Numbered from the stretch's first letter, positions 39,818 through 49,529 are shown. The stretch is DNA of 64,000 nucleotides from an uncultured Leptospirales bacterium (GCA_964652955.1 CAZZCF010000008.1:753-64752); one strand, 5' to 3'. Notes: a model not told the origin generated them from the letters alone. Numbers and translations are program-made.

Positions 39818-40747
39818 ATGAAAGCAGAAAGCAGACTTGAGAAGTTACTCAATGCAGGTGAGTTTGTAATTACTGGCGAGCTCGGCCCGCCCAAGGGGAA
39901 TGATATTGAGGTTATCAGTAAGAAAGCGGAGATGCTCAAAGGAAATGTTGACGCCGTCAATATTACCGATAATCAGACAGCGGTGGTCAGGATGTCCAGT
40001 ATCGGAGCGAGTGCGCTTGTTGTTCAACTGGGAATGGAACCGGTTATGCAGATGGTCTGCCGTGATCGGAATCGCATCGCGATGCAGAGCGACATACTCG
40101 GCGCAACGGCACTGGGAATACGCAATATGCTCTGTTTAAGCGGAGACCATCAGACCTTCGGTAATCAGCCCTATTCGAAGAATGTCTACGATATTGACTC
40201 CATTCAGCTCATCGGAGTGGTAAAGCGGATGCGCGATGAGAAAAAAATTCTCGATGTTGAAGAAGAGATGGAAGGCGACCTGAAGATATTTATCGGCGCT
40301 GCGGCGAATCCCTTTGCAGAGCCCTTTGATTTTCGACCGCTGCGGCTCAAGAAGAAGGTTGAAGCTGGCGTTGATTTTATACAGACGCAGTGCATTTACG
40401 ATATGAAGATGTTCAAGGAGTTTATGAAGCAGGTCAGGGACCTGGGCCTGCATGAGAAGTGCTACATCCTTGCCGGGGTGACTCCCCTTAAGTCCGGAGG
40501 TATGACGCGATATATGGCAAAGAATGTGGCCGGGATAATTATACCCGATGAGATTGTCGATCGGATGGTCAATGCGCCGAAGGGACAGGGTGCTGAAGAG
40601 GGGATAAAGCTCTGCTGCGAGCAGATACAGGAGTTGCGCGAGATCGAGGGCGTTCACGGCATACACCTCATGGCAATCGAGTGGGAACACCGGGTTGCCG
40701 AGATCGTCGAGCGCGCGGGATTGCTCCCCCGCCCGACTGTTGATTGA
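39818..40747 (+). CDS. metF: Methylene-THF reductase catalytic subunit
   Basis: ITGELGPPKG, NITDNQTAVVRMSS, CRDRNRIAMQSD.LGA, LCLSGDH, GVDFIQTQ, GIHLMAI. Confidence 0.95.
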   Translation: MKAESRLEKLLNAGEFVITGELGPPKGNDIEVISKKAEMLKGNVDAVNITDNQTAVVRMSSIGASALVVQLGMEPVMQMVCRDRNRIAMQSDILGATALGIRNMLCLSGDHQTFGNQPYSKNVYDIDSIQLIGVVKRMRDEKKILDVEEEMEGDLKIFIGAAANPFAEPFDFRPLRLKKKVEAGVDFIQTQCIYDMKMFKEFMKQVRDLGLHEKCYILAGVTPLKSGGMTRYMAKNVAGIIIPDEIVDRMVNAPKGQGAEEGIKLCCEQIQELREIEGVHGIHLMAIEWEHRVAEIVERAGLLPRPTVD

Positions 40748-40792
40748 TCTCATGGTTTCAATGTTTCCCCTCTCCGATAAAAAAGATAATTG

Positions 40793-40853
40793 GACGGGAT
40801 TAACAGTATGGAATGTTAAGAGTATGTGATACCTCTTATCCTGTAATCCTGTA
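40793..40853. repeat. Degenerate inverted repeat (acgggattaacagtat ... atcctgtaatcctgta)
   Basis: Imperfect match between the left arm and the reverse complement of the tandem atcctgta octamer at 40838-40853. Confidence 0.5.
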
Positions 40854-40936
40854 AGGGGGGATACGAAGCACCGTAAATGGTATTTTTCTGTCGTAGAGCA
40901 GGTGATGAGGAAAAGTGCATCGATAGAGCGACTTCT

Positions 40937-41620
40937 TCAGAACTGAATCTTAATGCCGGTCGATTTCATAAAGAATCTTGCGAGAAGCAGCGTGAGAATA
41001 AATCCCACCGCAATTGAGATGGCGAGGAGGATAGAGGACCACTGCATCATCCTTCTCGCGTCATCGGCAGTCTGGTTTTTAATATCAACCCCGATCTTTT
41101 CCTGGAGATCAATGAGCCGATATGTTTGATCCCGAAGCTCCCGGTACTTCACCAGCCACTTCTTCAGAAGCATGTTGCTCCGGGCGAATTGACGGAAATT
41201 TATCGCCTCATGGTACTGTTTCAGTATCGCCTCGAGATCTGCCGATTTCTCCTGCCACTGTTTCGCAAGCAGCTGTCCCTCCCCGGTCCGGTTTCGGTTT
41301 TCGAAGTTCAACCAGAGATCGCGGTACTCGTGGCTGAGATTGTCTGATGAAGTCTGTCTCCAGAGCAGTTCATTCATGTCGCTCGACTCGGCTGCCCTCA
41401 TCTCCCCGAGCATGTTTATTCTGATCTGGAGGAGGTCCTTGACGATACGGTACAGGTACTTCACTGAGCTGAACTGGTACCGGTAGAAGGATTCAAATGA
41501 ATCGGATGCCTTGTTGAGGTAGTAGATGCTCTGAAGTGAGATGAAGGTGATTATGAAGAGAAAGATAATGCAAATGAGAAAGACCTTATAGATTACCTGT
41601 AGGTTTTCTGTTTTTCTCAT
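40937..41620 (-). CDS. Membrane protein with MCP-type four-helix-bundle sensor domain and no signalling domain
   Basis: TM1, helical region (F.SFY.YQF.SV.YL..I...L..IR..ML), TM2, then only about 10 cytoplasmic residues. Confidence 0.75.
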   Translation of the reverse strand: MRKTENLQVIYKVFLICIIFLFIITFISLQSIYYLNKASDSFESFYRYQFSSVKYLYRIVKDLLQIRINMLGEMRAAESSDMNELLWRQTSSDNLSHEYRDLWLNFENRNRTGEGQLLAKQWQEKSADLEAILKQYHEAINFRQFARSNMLLKKWLVKYRELRDQTYRLIDLQEKIGVDIKNQTADDARRMMQWSSILLAISIAVGFILTLLLARFFMKSTGIKIQF

Positions 41621-41813
41621 GTGTACCCCCGCCAGTCGCTTTAACGATGCTTCCGTGAATTAGTCCGGGGAGCCTTTCTGCCGATGGAGATCAACCATAT
41701 GGGAGCGTCAGAAAAAGTCAAGCCGGATTGTTTCCGATCTTTTCCTTGATTTTAGCATCAGGGGGTATAGACTATGTCTGGAGTGAGGGTATCGGTAAGA
41801 GGGATCTGTTTCC

Positions 41814-43190
41814 ATGGAGCGTCTGAAAGTGCAATTCAACGACCGGTATAAGACAGTCATCATTGGCATTCTGATCTCCATATCGATTGGCGCAATCTTC
41901 TACTTTCACATCTTTCTCAACGTCGGGAAGGTGTTCACACAGTTTTTTTACATTCCTATCATTTTGAGCTCGCTCTGGTGGCAGCGGAAGGGTATTGTGG
42001 TTGCTGTTGTTTTCGGAGGGTTGCTTATACTGAGCAATTATTTTTTGCGGGATAACAGTCAACCGCTCAATGACTCTTTACGGGCGCTGTTTTTTATCGT
42101 CGTCTCCTACGTGGTGGCTGTTCTGAGTGAGCGGGAAGCGAGATGGAGAGAGGAGATCGCCCGCCACCTTGCCGAGATAAGCAGAACAAATCTCCAGTTG
42201 AAACAGGAGGTCACCGAGCGCTGCAATGCCGAGAAGATCTACTATGCGATTCTCAATGTGACAACCGAATCGATAATCATGATAGACACGAACGGCGTAA
42301 TACTGACAATTAACGAGATAGGAGCGACCAGGTTCGGTATGCGGCAGGATGAGATTCTCGGGAAATCACTGTATGACTTCTTCCCTCCCGAGGTGGCGCA
42401 ATCCCGGAAGAAGAGAATACTGGAGGTTATCTCATCCAGAAAGGGTATTCGCTTTCAGGATGAACGGGATAATGTCTTCTTCGACATCAATCTCTATCCC
42501 GTCTTCGATGAAGGCACGGTAAAGAGAATTGCGCTCTTCGCAAGGGATATCACACCCATTATAAAGCTGCAGAAGGAGATTATTACTATCAGCGAGAATG
42601 AGCGTCAGGTACTCGGCCAGGATCTCCACGATGATCTCGGTCAGTATCTCACCGGAATCAAATATATGGTGACCAGTCTGAAGCAGAAGATGATTGAGCG
42701 GAGTTATCCCGAGGTTGACGAAGTTGTTGAGATATCATCTCATATCGGAAATGCCATTGATCGAATACGGCGGCTGGCACGAAATATGTGTCCCGTTGCC
42801 CTTGATGAGAATGGGCTCATCGTCGGACTCGAGGAGATGTGCCAGGAGGTTGAGCAGATCTTCAATATCTCCTGTACGGTGCACGCCCGGGGGAAAATCG
42901 ATTTCGACAATCGTGATGCATCAATTCATCTGTACTACATAGCGCAGGAATCCATCAATAATGCCCTCAAGCACGGGAATGCCAGCCACATCGCGGTTCT
43001 CCTGAGCCGGGATGATTCCCGGGTGCGCATGAGAATTGAAAACGATATCGGGTATCACGAGGAGATGCCGAAGAAGGGGAAGGGTATCGGAATCGAGATA
43101 ATGAGATACCGGGCCAATTTAATCGGCGCTGATATTGATTTTCTGGAGAGCGCCGAACGGTATGTTGTTGACCTCAGGTTGAAGGTGTAG
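41814..43190 (+). CDS. Membrane PAS sensor histidine kinase (HisKA_3, NarX/UhpB type)
   Basis: N-terminal TM bundle, PAS domain, LGQDLHDDLGQ H-box, QESINNALKHG, GIGI..MRYRA.LIG. Confidence 0.9.
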   Translation: MERLKVQFNDRYKTVIIGILISISIGAIFYFHIFLNVGKVFTQFFYIPIILSSLWWQRKGIVVAVVFGGLLILSNYFLRDNSQPLNDSLRALFFIVVSYVVAVLSEREARWREEIARHLAEISRTNLQLKQEVTERCNAEKIYYAILNVTTESIIMIDTNGVILTINEIGATRFGMRQDEILGKSLYDFFPPEVAQSRKKRILEVISSRKGIRFQDERDNVFFDINLYPVFDEGTVKRIALFARDITPIIKLQKEIITISENERQVLGQDLHDDLGQYLTGIKYMVTSLKQKMIERSYPEVDEVVEISSHIGNAIDRIRRLARNMCPVALDENGLIVGLEEMCQEVEQIFNISCTVHARGKIDFDNRDASIHLYYIAQESINNALKHGNASHIAVLLSRDDSRVRMRIENDIGYHEEMPKKGKGIGIEIMRYRANLIGADIDFLESAERYVVDLRLKV

Positions 43191-43196
43191 TCAATG

Positions 43197-43280
43197 GTGA
43201 CGGGAGATAAGTAACGAGTAACGAGTAACGAGTAACGGGTGACAGATGACTGGTTACATGTTACCGGTTACACGTCACAA
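43197..43280. repeat. Heptamer tandem repeat (12 units), internally quasi-palindromic
   Basis: gtgacgg gagataa (gtaacga)x3 gtaacgg gtgacag atgactg gttacat gttaccg gttacac gtcacaa; GTAAC units are followed by their reverse complement GTTAC. Confidence 0.85.
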
Positions 43281-43353
43281 AATAACAATCTGCGTTCATC
43301 TGAGGTTACACTTCCCTCAAAGGGGAATCACAGTATATGAGAGGCCTTTGAGA

Positions 43354-44025
43354 ATGGTCAAGAAGAGAGGGAAAGAGATAAAGATACTCATCGTTGACGA
43401 TCATCCCATCGTGAGGCGCGGTCTCAAGATGATCATAGAGAAAGAGGATGATCTGCGAGTATGTGCGGAAGCCGCGAACGCGAATGAAGCTATTAAGGCG
43501 ATCGTTGATAATAATCCTGACGTCGCCATTGTTGATATCTCGCTTGAGGGGAGCATCAACGGTATTGAGCTGGTAAAGGCAGTAAAAGATCGGTTTCCCG
43601 GCGTGATAGCGCTGGTCCTCTCGATGTACAATGAGTCATTGTATGCCGAGCGTGCCATTCGAGCAGGGGCGAGCGGGTATGTAATGAAAAAGGAAGCTGA
43701 TGATAACATTATTGCCGCCATCCGAATGGTCCTCACCGGTGAACTCTATCTGAGCAGCTCCATGTCAAAGAGCATTGTTCAGAAATTGTTGCATGCGCCG
43801 GTTGAAGGGGAGCACAGCCCGGAAAACGTCCTTTCCGATCGCGAGCTTGAGATATTTATGATGATCGGAAATGGAATGAGCATTCGTGAGATCGCATCGC
43901 GGCTCAGTCTCAGCCTGAACACGGTCGAAACGCATCGCAGGCATATTAAAGAGAAGATGCATTTCAGGGATTTAAATGAGCTGGTAAAGTATGCTGTGCA
44001 GTGGGTTTTTGTGCAGCACAGATGA
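43354..44025 (+). CDS. NarL/LuxR family response regulator
   Basis: ILIVDDHPIVRRGL, VAIVDISL, GASGYVMK, LSDRELEIF.MIG.G...EIA..L.LS..TVETHR..IK.K. The ORF-track extension to 43246 runs through the repeat and was discarded. Confidence 0.93.
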   Translation: MVKKRGKEIKILIVDDHPIVRRGLKMIIEKEDDLRVCAEAANANEAIKAIVDNNPDVAIVDISLEGSINGIELVKAVKDRFPGVIALVLSMYNESLYAERAIRAGASGYVMKKEADDNIIAAIRMVLTGELYLSSSMSKSIVQKLLHAPVEGEHSPENVLSDRELEIFMMIGNGMSIREIASRLSLSLNTVETHRRHIKEKMHFRDLNELVKYAVQWVFVQHR

Positions 44026-44365
44026 CCTATCACCATCACGCAATTTGTTATCACCCATCACAAAAATCGGTATATCTATTTTCACCCTCCCGTGAATTTA
44101 CATCTTCCCCTGAATGAATTACCTTATCGCTATACCCGGCCGATTATTCTACGCGGAAAGTGCATTCGACAAGAGTAATCATGCCGGAAGTAAATACGAA
44201 GCCCAAAGGGATTTACCCGTAGAGGTGGAGAGAGGCAGTTCGGTTTTTACACGGTGCCCATGATCATCGATTCGGTGCTGGCATTTCCGGTTATGAAAAA
44301 ATGCTTCGGAGGAGCGGATGTTCACTTGTGGGGATACGCCATACGGGAGGTTGGATGGACAACAC

Positions 44366-44731
44366 ATGGATACTGAGGATAAATACCGGACAATCATCGA
44401 GCGGTTCTCTGATGGTATTCTCGTTTTGCAAAATGGATTCGTCTCATTCCTGAATCCTGCCATTATGGAGATTACCGGTTTTACCTGGAAGGAGCTCTCG
44501 ATGCGTCCGGCGATAAAATTTGTTCATCCCGAGGATAGGCAACAGGTTCAAACGCTGTGCCAGCGTATTTCTGCGGAGGAGTTGGATACGTGCAAACTTG
44601 AGTTCAGGATTATCACCAGGGAGAAAGCGGAAAAGTGGGTATCGGTCAGGACAAACAGAATAGTCTGGGAAGATTCATCGGCACTGCTCGTTTTCCTGAC
44701 TGATCTATCAATACTGAGAAATGAGAAATGA
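44366..44731 (+). CDS. Stand-alone PAS domain protein
   Basis: KYRTIIE...DGILVLQ.G....LNPA..EITG, FVHPED, EFRIIT..KWV.V; start uncertain (44351/44366). Confidence 0.82.
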   Translation: MDTEDKYRTIIERFSDGILVLQNGFVSFLNPAIMEITGFTWKELSMRPAIKFVHPEDRQQVQTLCQRISAEELDTCKLEFRIITREKAEKWVSVRTNRIVWEDSSALLVFLTDLSILRNEK

Positions 44732-45016
44732 GCACCGGTTCTCGATTCAAATTGGTACTGATGTTGAAAGTAATTATGGTATTCGATGGCTATCACGTTT
44801 TTTGTTATTACTCATCACGTATATTGTTAGTGCTTAATTGTTGCTCTCGTGCATTGACATGGCGTGGTTATCGTTTGACAGTATATTTTGCACGGACCGA
44901 TGATGACATCGATGAATGTAACAGAGGAAATAGGATACACCGATCTCGTGCGCATTGTACCGGAGAAGAAAGGAACACTGTTCCTCCGGGAGAGATGCCA
45001 TGATGATGAGGAAAAG

Positions 45017-47548
45017 ATGAAGAAGACACTTCATAATTCCAGCATTGCCATCGTGGGGGGAGGGCGCGTCTGTAGGGCTATCCTCGAGATACTGTTGGGC
45101 GTTCATTTCCCCAATTACCATGTGCGGGTACTCGGTGTCGCCGATATTGATGAACAGGCTGAGGGCTTGCTCTTTGCCGGAGAAAAGGGAATTTTCGTTA
45201 CCAGCTTATACCAGGATCTCTTTGTGATCCGGGAACTGGACTTGATTATTGAATTGACCGGAGACAACAGGGTGCTGGCTGAATTGCGGGCAAACAAGCC
45301 GGATCGGTTGCGGTTGATTGACCACTTTGAGGCAATGACAGTCTGGGATTATCTGCAGATAGAGGAGAAATCGATCGAAATCAGAGATGAGCTGACGAAG
45401 ATGAACACTGTTGAGGAGATCGAAAAGCAATTTGATCATTTCGCGAAGGAGATCGCCGAAATTGTACAGGAACGAACAGAGCACCTCCAGGAGGTGGAGA
45501 AGGAGCTCGTTGAGCGGGAGCGGATTCTCGCGCAGATTGTTGAAGGGAATACCATTCCTACGTTTGTTATCGACCGCGATCATATCATAACTCACTGGAA
45601 CAGAGCATGTGAGACGCTTACCGGGTTTCCCGCCAGGGAAATGGTCGGAACCCGGAAGCAGTGGGTCCCTTTCTGGCAGAAGATGCGTCCGGTTATGGCT
45701 GATATTATCATCGATGAGATGCAGGAAAACGGTATCCGAAAATATTATGGTGACGACTGGCGCACCTCGGCGCTCATTGAAGGTGCCTATGAAGCTGAAG
45801 CGTTTTTCCCCAGCATCGGTGATGACGGGAAGTGGCTCTTTATCACTGCTGCGCCGATACGGGGACCCGAGGGCACAATTATGGGTGCCATTGAAACCCT
45901 CTGGGATAAAACCGACGATAAAAAGCGTGAAGAGGAGAAGGAGCGGCATAACCGGGAACTCTCGGCACTGTGCAGCATCACGACCGCATTGAGCTCATCA
46001 CTGGATCTGGAGGTTAAGTTGAATGCGGTGACCCGGGAGATATTCAAGAGCCTTCCGGTGGATGGCGTATGCATTTTCCTCCTGGAGAATGGCCATTTTG
46101 TGCTGCGATATTCGCATGGCATTTCGGATGCGCTCTGCAACCTCAACTGTACAGTTGCTGGCAGCAGTATCATCGAGCATGTTGTTGAAACGGGAGCGCT
46201 CACCATTTACGAGGATATCGAGGCGAGTGATGATACTGAGATAAGTTTACTGGCGCGGGAAAAATTTAAATCGCTGGCATATATACCTATCAGCGCAAAG
46301 GAGGGCAAAGTCTTCGGCGTAATCCGCATCGGAAGCAATGTTTCGAGGACGTATACGCATGAGGAGAGGAATATTCTGGAGCTAATCGGAAACCGTGTCG
46401 GGGTTGCAATCGAAAATTCAATTTTTTACGAGCAGTACAAAAAATCCGAGGAGAAGTACCGATCGCTCTTTGACAACGATCCCAATCCCATATTCATCAT
46501 CGATAGGGATTCTTTCGAGATACTCGATATGAACCGGCGGGCAGAGGATTGTTACGGTTTTTCGAAGGATGAGCTCCTCGGGAAATCGTTTCTCACGCTC
46601 GGTGAAGAGCGGGATGAGGAGATTATCCGTAAACTGCGTCAGCTCGATGAGGGAGAGTCTGTCCTCTTCTCGAAAAAGAGGCATTACCGAAAGGGGAGAA
46701 AAGTCTTCTTTGTGAACATCAATGTCTGTCATGTGATGTACAACGAAGGAGCCGCGCTCATTGCGACAACGACCGATATGAGCGAGAGCATTGAACGGGA
46801 GACGCAGCTAATCCAGGCGAGTAAAATGACCACACTGGGGACGATGGCGGCGGGGATGGCTCACGAGATAAATCAACCGCTCAATGTGATTCAGGTTGGC
46901 GCTGATTTCTTTCTGAAGAAGACAAGTCGGAATGAACCCATTGACTACGAAGAATTGCGCACGGTCGCTGCTGAAATAAGCAACAATGTGCAGCGGGCGG
47001 CCGATATAATCAGGCACATGAGGGATTTTTCACGGCAGTCTGATGTCGTTTCCACCAGATTGAATATCAACAAACCCATCCGCGATGTTTTTAAGGTTCT
47101 GGGGCAGCAGCTCCGGGTGCATCAGATTGAAGTTGTACTGGATCTGGATGACTCCATTCCCCTCATCAAGGCAGATCACAACCGGATGGAGCAGGTTTTT
47201 ATGAATCTGGTCACCAATGCCATGGATGCAATGGACGAGAAGGGGCTCATGGAGGAGGGAAACACATGGCAGCGACTCTTAACCATTCGTTCGTTTTATG
47301 ACGGAGATGTCGTTGTGACGGTTGCCGATACGGGGATTGGCATGTCAGCAGAGATTCAGGATAAGATATTCGAACCGTTTTTTACCACCAAAGAGGTTGG
47401 CAAAGGGACGGGATTGGGAATTAGCATCAGCTATGGAATCGTGAACGATTACGGTGGCACCATTACGGTGAAAAGCGAGGTACATAAGGGAACCACCTTT
47501 GAATTGCGATTCCCCTCGAGAGCCGAAAAACGCAGGAACAGAACATGA
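45017..47548 (+). CDS. Cytoplasmic sensor histidine kinase: Rossmann-like N-terminus, PAS, GAF, PAS, HisKA, HATPase
   Basis: IAIVGGGRVC..IL...VLGVADID...GL..A...GIF.T..Y.DL....LDLIIELTG; WNRACE.LTG PAS; GMAHEINQPL; [22 protein letters not shown] before ATG 45017. Confidence 0.9.
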   Translation: MKKTLHNSSIAIVGGGRVCRAILEILLGVHFPNYHVRVLGVADIDEQAEGLLFAGEKGIFVTSLYQDLFVIRELDLIIELTGDNRVLAELRANKPDRLRLIDHFEAMTVWDYLQIEEKSIEIRDELTKMNTVEEIEKQFDHFAKEIAEIVQERTEHLQEVEKELVERERILAQIVEGNTIPTFVIDRDHIITHWNRACETLTGFPAREMVGTRKQWVPFWQKMRPVMADIIIDEMQENGIRKYYGDDWRTSALIEGAYEAEAFFPSIGDDGKWLFITAAPIRGPEGTIMGAIETLWDKTDDKKREEEKERHNRELSALCSITTALSSSLDLEVKLNAVTREIFKSLPVDGVCIFLLENGHFVLRYSHGISDALCNLNCTVAGSSIIEHVVETGALTIYEDIEASDDTEISLLAREKFKSLAYIPISAKEGKVFGVIRIGSNVSRTYTHEERNILELIGNRVGVAIENSIFYEQYKKSEEKYRSLFDNDPNPIFIIDRDSFEILDMNRRAEDCYGFSKDELLGKSFLTLGEERDEEIIRKLRQLDEGESVLFSKKRHYRKGRKVFFVNINVCHVMYNEGAALIATTTDMSESIERETQLIQASKMTTLGTMAAGMAHEINQPLNVIQVGADFFLKKTSRNEPIDYEELRTVAAEISNNVQRAADIIRHMRDFSRQSDVVSTRLNINKPIRDVFKVLGQQLRVHQIEVVLDLDDSIPLIKADHNRMEQVFMNLVTNAMDAMDEKGLMEEGNTWQRLLTIRSFYDGDVVVTVADTGIGMSAEIQDKIFEPFFTTKEVGKGTGLGISISYGIVNDYGGTITVKSEVHKGTTFELRFPSRAEKRRNRT

Positions 47549-49092
47549 AGAAAATTTTGCTCGTAGATGATGAAAAGTCAATTGTGAATGTTCTCTCAAT
47601 TTCTCTGCGGAATGATGGCTATGATGTATTCACGGCGTACAGCGGGAAGGAGTGCCTTGAGAAGTTCATGGAGGAAACACCGGACATTGTGATAACCGAT
47701 ATGAAGATGCCGGGCATCGACGGGCTTGAGGTCTTGAAGCGGATCAAGAATCTCAATCCTCATACGGAGGTTATCATCATTACCGGGCACGGCGACATGG
47801 ATTCGGCGATTGAAGCACTTGAGTACGGTGCGTCTGATTTCATCAACAAGCCGATACGCGATGAAGCTCTTTCTGTCGCCCTTGAGCGGGCGAAGGAGAA
47901 GATTGCCATTCGATTGAAGCTCAAGGAGTATACTGATGATCTCGAAAACATGGTGCAGATAGCGACGGCCGAGGTTCGGCGGAAATCAGATTTTCAGACG
48001 AGGCTCATCACCAGTTCCAACGACGGTATTGTTGCCACCGATGAGGAGGGTTCCATCATTATTTTCAATCCCGCCGCTGAACAGATATTCGGATACTCGC
48101 GGCTTGAGGTTGTGAGGAAGATGAAGATTTCCGATCTCTACCTCAGGGAACTGGCAGATGAGTTCACTGCTGGTTTGAAGCACCGTAACAAGATTGTGGA
48201 AACGAGGTTCCCCTGGAGGGAGATTACCGTTGTTGACAGGAACGGTGAGCGGGTACCGACACGATTCTCCGGTACTATTCTCTATGAAAAGGGGCAGGTA
48301 ATGGGAAGCGTTGCCTTTTTTCAGGATCTCAGGGAGATAAAGCGTCTGGAGCGAGAACTGGTTCGATCTGAGCGACTGGCGGCAATTGGACAGACCGTTG
48401 CGGGTCTGGCACACTATATCAAAAATATCCTGACCGGCCTCAAAGGCGGTTCCTATGTGGTTAACATAGGTTTCTTAAAAAATAACACCGACAAGCTGAA
48501 GAGCGGATGGGAGATGATTGAGAAGAACATTGAAAAGATTTCGGAACTGGTCATGGATCTGCTCACCTATTCCAAGGATCGTGAGCCTGACTATAGGCCC
48601 TGCCTCCCCAATGAGATAGCAGGTGAGATTTTTGATCTCATGGCAGATCGCGCAGCAACGCATCGGATTGAGCTGATAAGGGATTTTGATCCTTCCGTTG
48701 GCGAGGTCCTCATGGATCCGGATACCATTTACCGTGCTCTCCTGAACCTGGTAACGAATGCGATCGATGCCTGCGTCTTTGACAAGAACGCGGATAAAAA
48801 GTGGATAGTGCGACTTGCCACCGCCGTGGAGAACAATGAAGTAATCAGATTTGAGGTAACGGATAACGGCTGCGGCATGAGCGATGAAGTGAAATCGCAA
48901 CTCTTCTCATCTTTTTTCAGCACGAAGAAAGGCAAGGGAACAGGACTCGGGTTGCTCGTTACCAAGAAAATAATAGATGAGCACGGTGGCAGTATCTCAG
49001 TTGCGACCAGGGAAGGTGAGGGCTCTTCCTTTACCGTACGGTTGAGTTATAAACCGTATAACCGTGCAAAGGGAAAGGTTGCTAATGCCTGA
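47545..49092 (+). CDS. Hybrid receiver-PAS-histidine kinase
   Basis: [42 protein letters not shown]; ATGA overlap with the upstream kinase. Confidence 0.92.
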   Translation: MKKILLVDDEKSIVNVLSISLRNDGYDVFTAYSGKECLEKFMEETPDIVITDMKMPGIDGLEVLKRIKNLNPHTEVIIITGHGDMDSAIEALEYGASDFINKPIRDEALSVALERAKEKIAIRLKLKEYTDDLENMVQIATAEVRRKSDFQTRLITSSNDGIVATDEEGSIIIFNPAAEQIFGYSRLEVVRKMKISDLYLRELADEFTAGLKHRNKIVETRFPWREITVVDRNGERVPTRFSGTILYEKGQVMGSVAFFQDLREIKRLERELVRSERLAAIGQTVAGLAHYIKNILTGLKGGSYVVNIGFLKNNTDKLKSGWEMIEKNIEKISELVMDLLTYSKDREPDYRPCLPNEIAGEIFDLMADRAATHRIELIRDFDPSVGEVLMDPDTIYRALLNLVTNAIDACVFDKNADKKWIVRLATAVENNEVIRFEVTDNGCGMSDEVKSQLFSSFFSTKKGKGTGLGLLVTKKIIDEHGGSISVATREGEGSSFTVRLSYKPYNRAKGKVANA

Positions 49093-49136
49093 TAAGATTG
49101 GCAGGCAGCATACTATAACAGTAAGGAGGCTATACA

Positions 49137-49529
49137 ATGAGGAAAAGGGTGCTTGTGGTTGATGATGATCCCGATATCATCACCTTCGTGGTGACGGTAT
49201 TGGAGGAGAATAATTTTACCCCTATCATTGCAAAGGATGGAGAAGAGGCATCACGCAAGATCAAGGAAGAAAAACCCGATCTGGTGATTCTGGACATCCT
49301 GATGCCCAAGCAGAGCGGCATCAAGTTGTACAGGGAGCTGAAAACAGATGATTCACTGAAGGACGTTCCCGTCGTCGTTCTCTCGGGGATTGCGAAGAGG
49401 ACATTCCTTCGGTCGCAGGAGGCATTGACCGAGTTCGGCGAGAATAATGTTCCTGAGCCAAATGCGTATATTGAGAAGCCGGTTGATCCGGACGAGCTGG
49501 CGGAGCAGGTAAAGAAATTTCTTGCATAA
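49137..49529 (+). CDS. Single-domain response regulator (DVU0259/DivK-like)
   Basis: VLVVDDDPDI, LDILMPKQSG.KLYREL, VLSG, AYIEKPVDP; RBS AAGGAGG. Confidence 0.9.
   Translation: MRKRVLVVDDDPDIITFVVTVLEENNFTPIIAKDGEEASRKIKEEKPDLVILDILMPKQSGIKLYRELKTDDSLKDVPVVVLSGIAKRTFLRSQEALTEFGENNVPEPNAYIEKPVDPDELAEQVKKFLA

Noticed and set aside
20578-40747. Selenocysteine recoding or programmed frameshifts in the redox genes
   Set aside because: All expected Cys ligands are present in uninterrupted frames, and no catalytic domain continues past any TGA that I could read.
43197-43280. CRISPR array
   Set aside because: The units are contiguous 7-mers with no spacers, and no cas genes are present.
43246-43353. 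N-terminal extension of the NarL-type regulator in the ORF track
   Set aside because: It translates the heptamer repeat; the receiver domain starts after ATG 43354.
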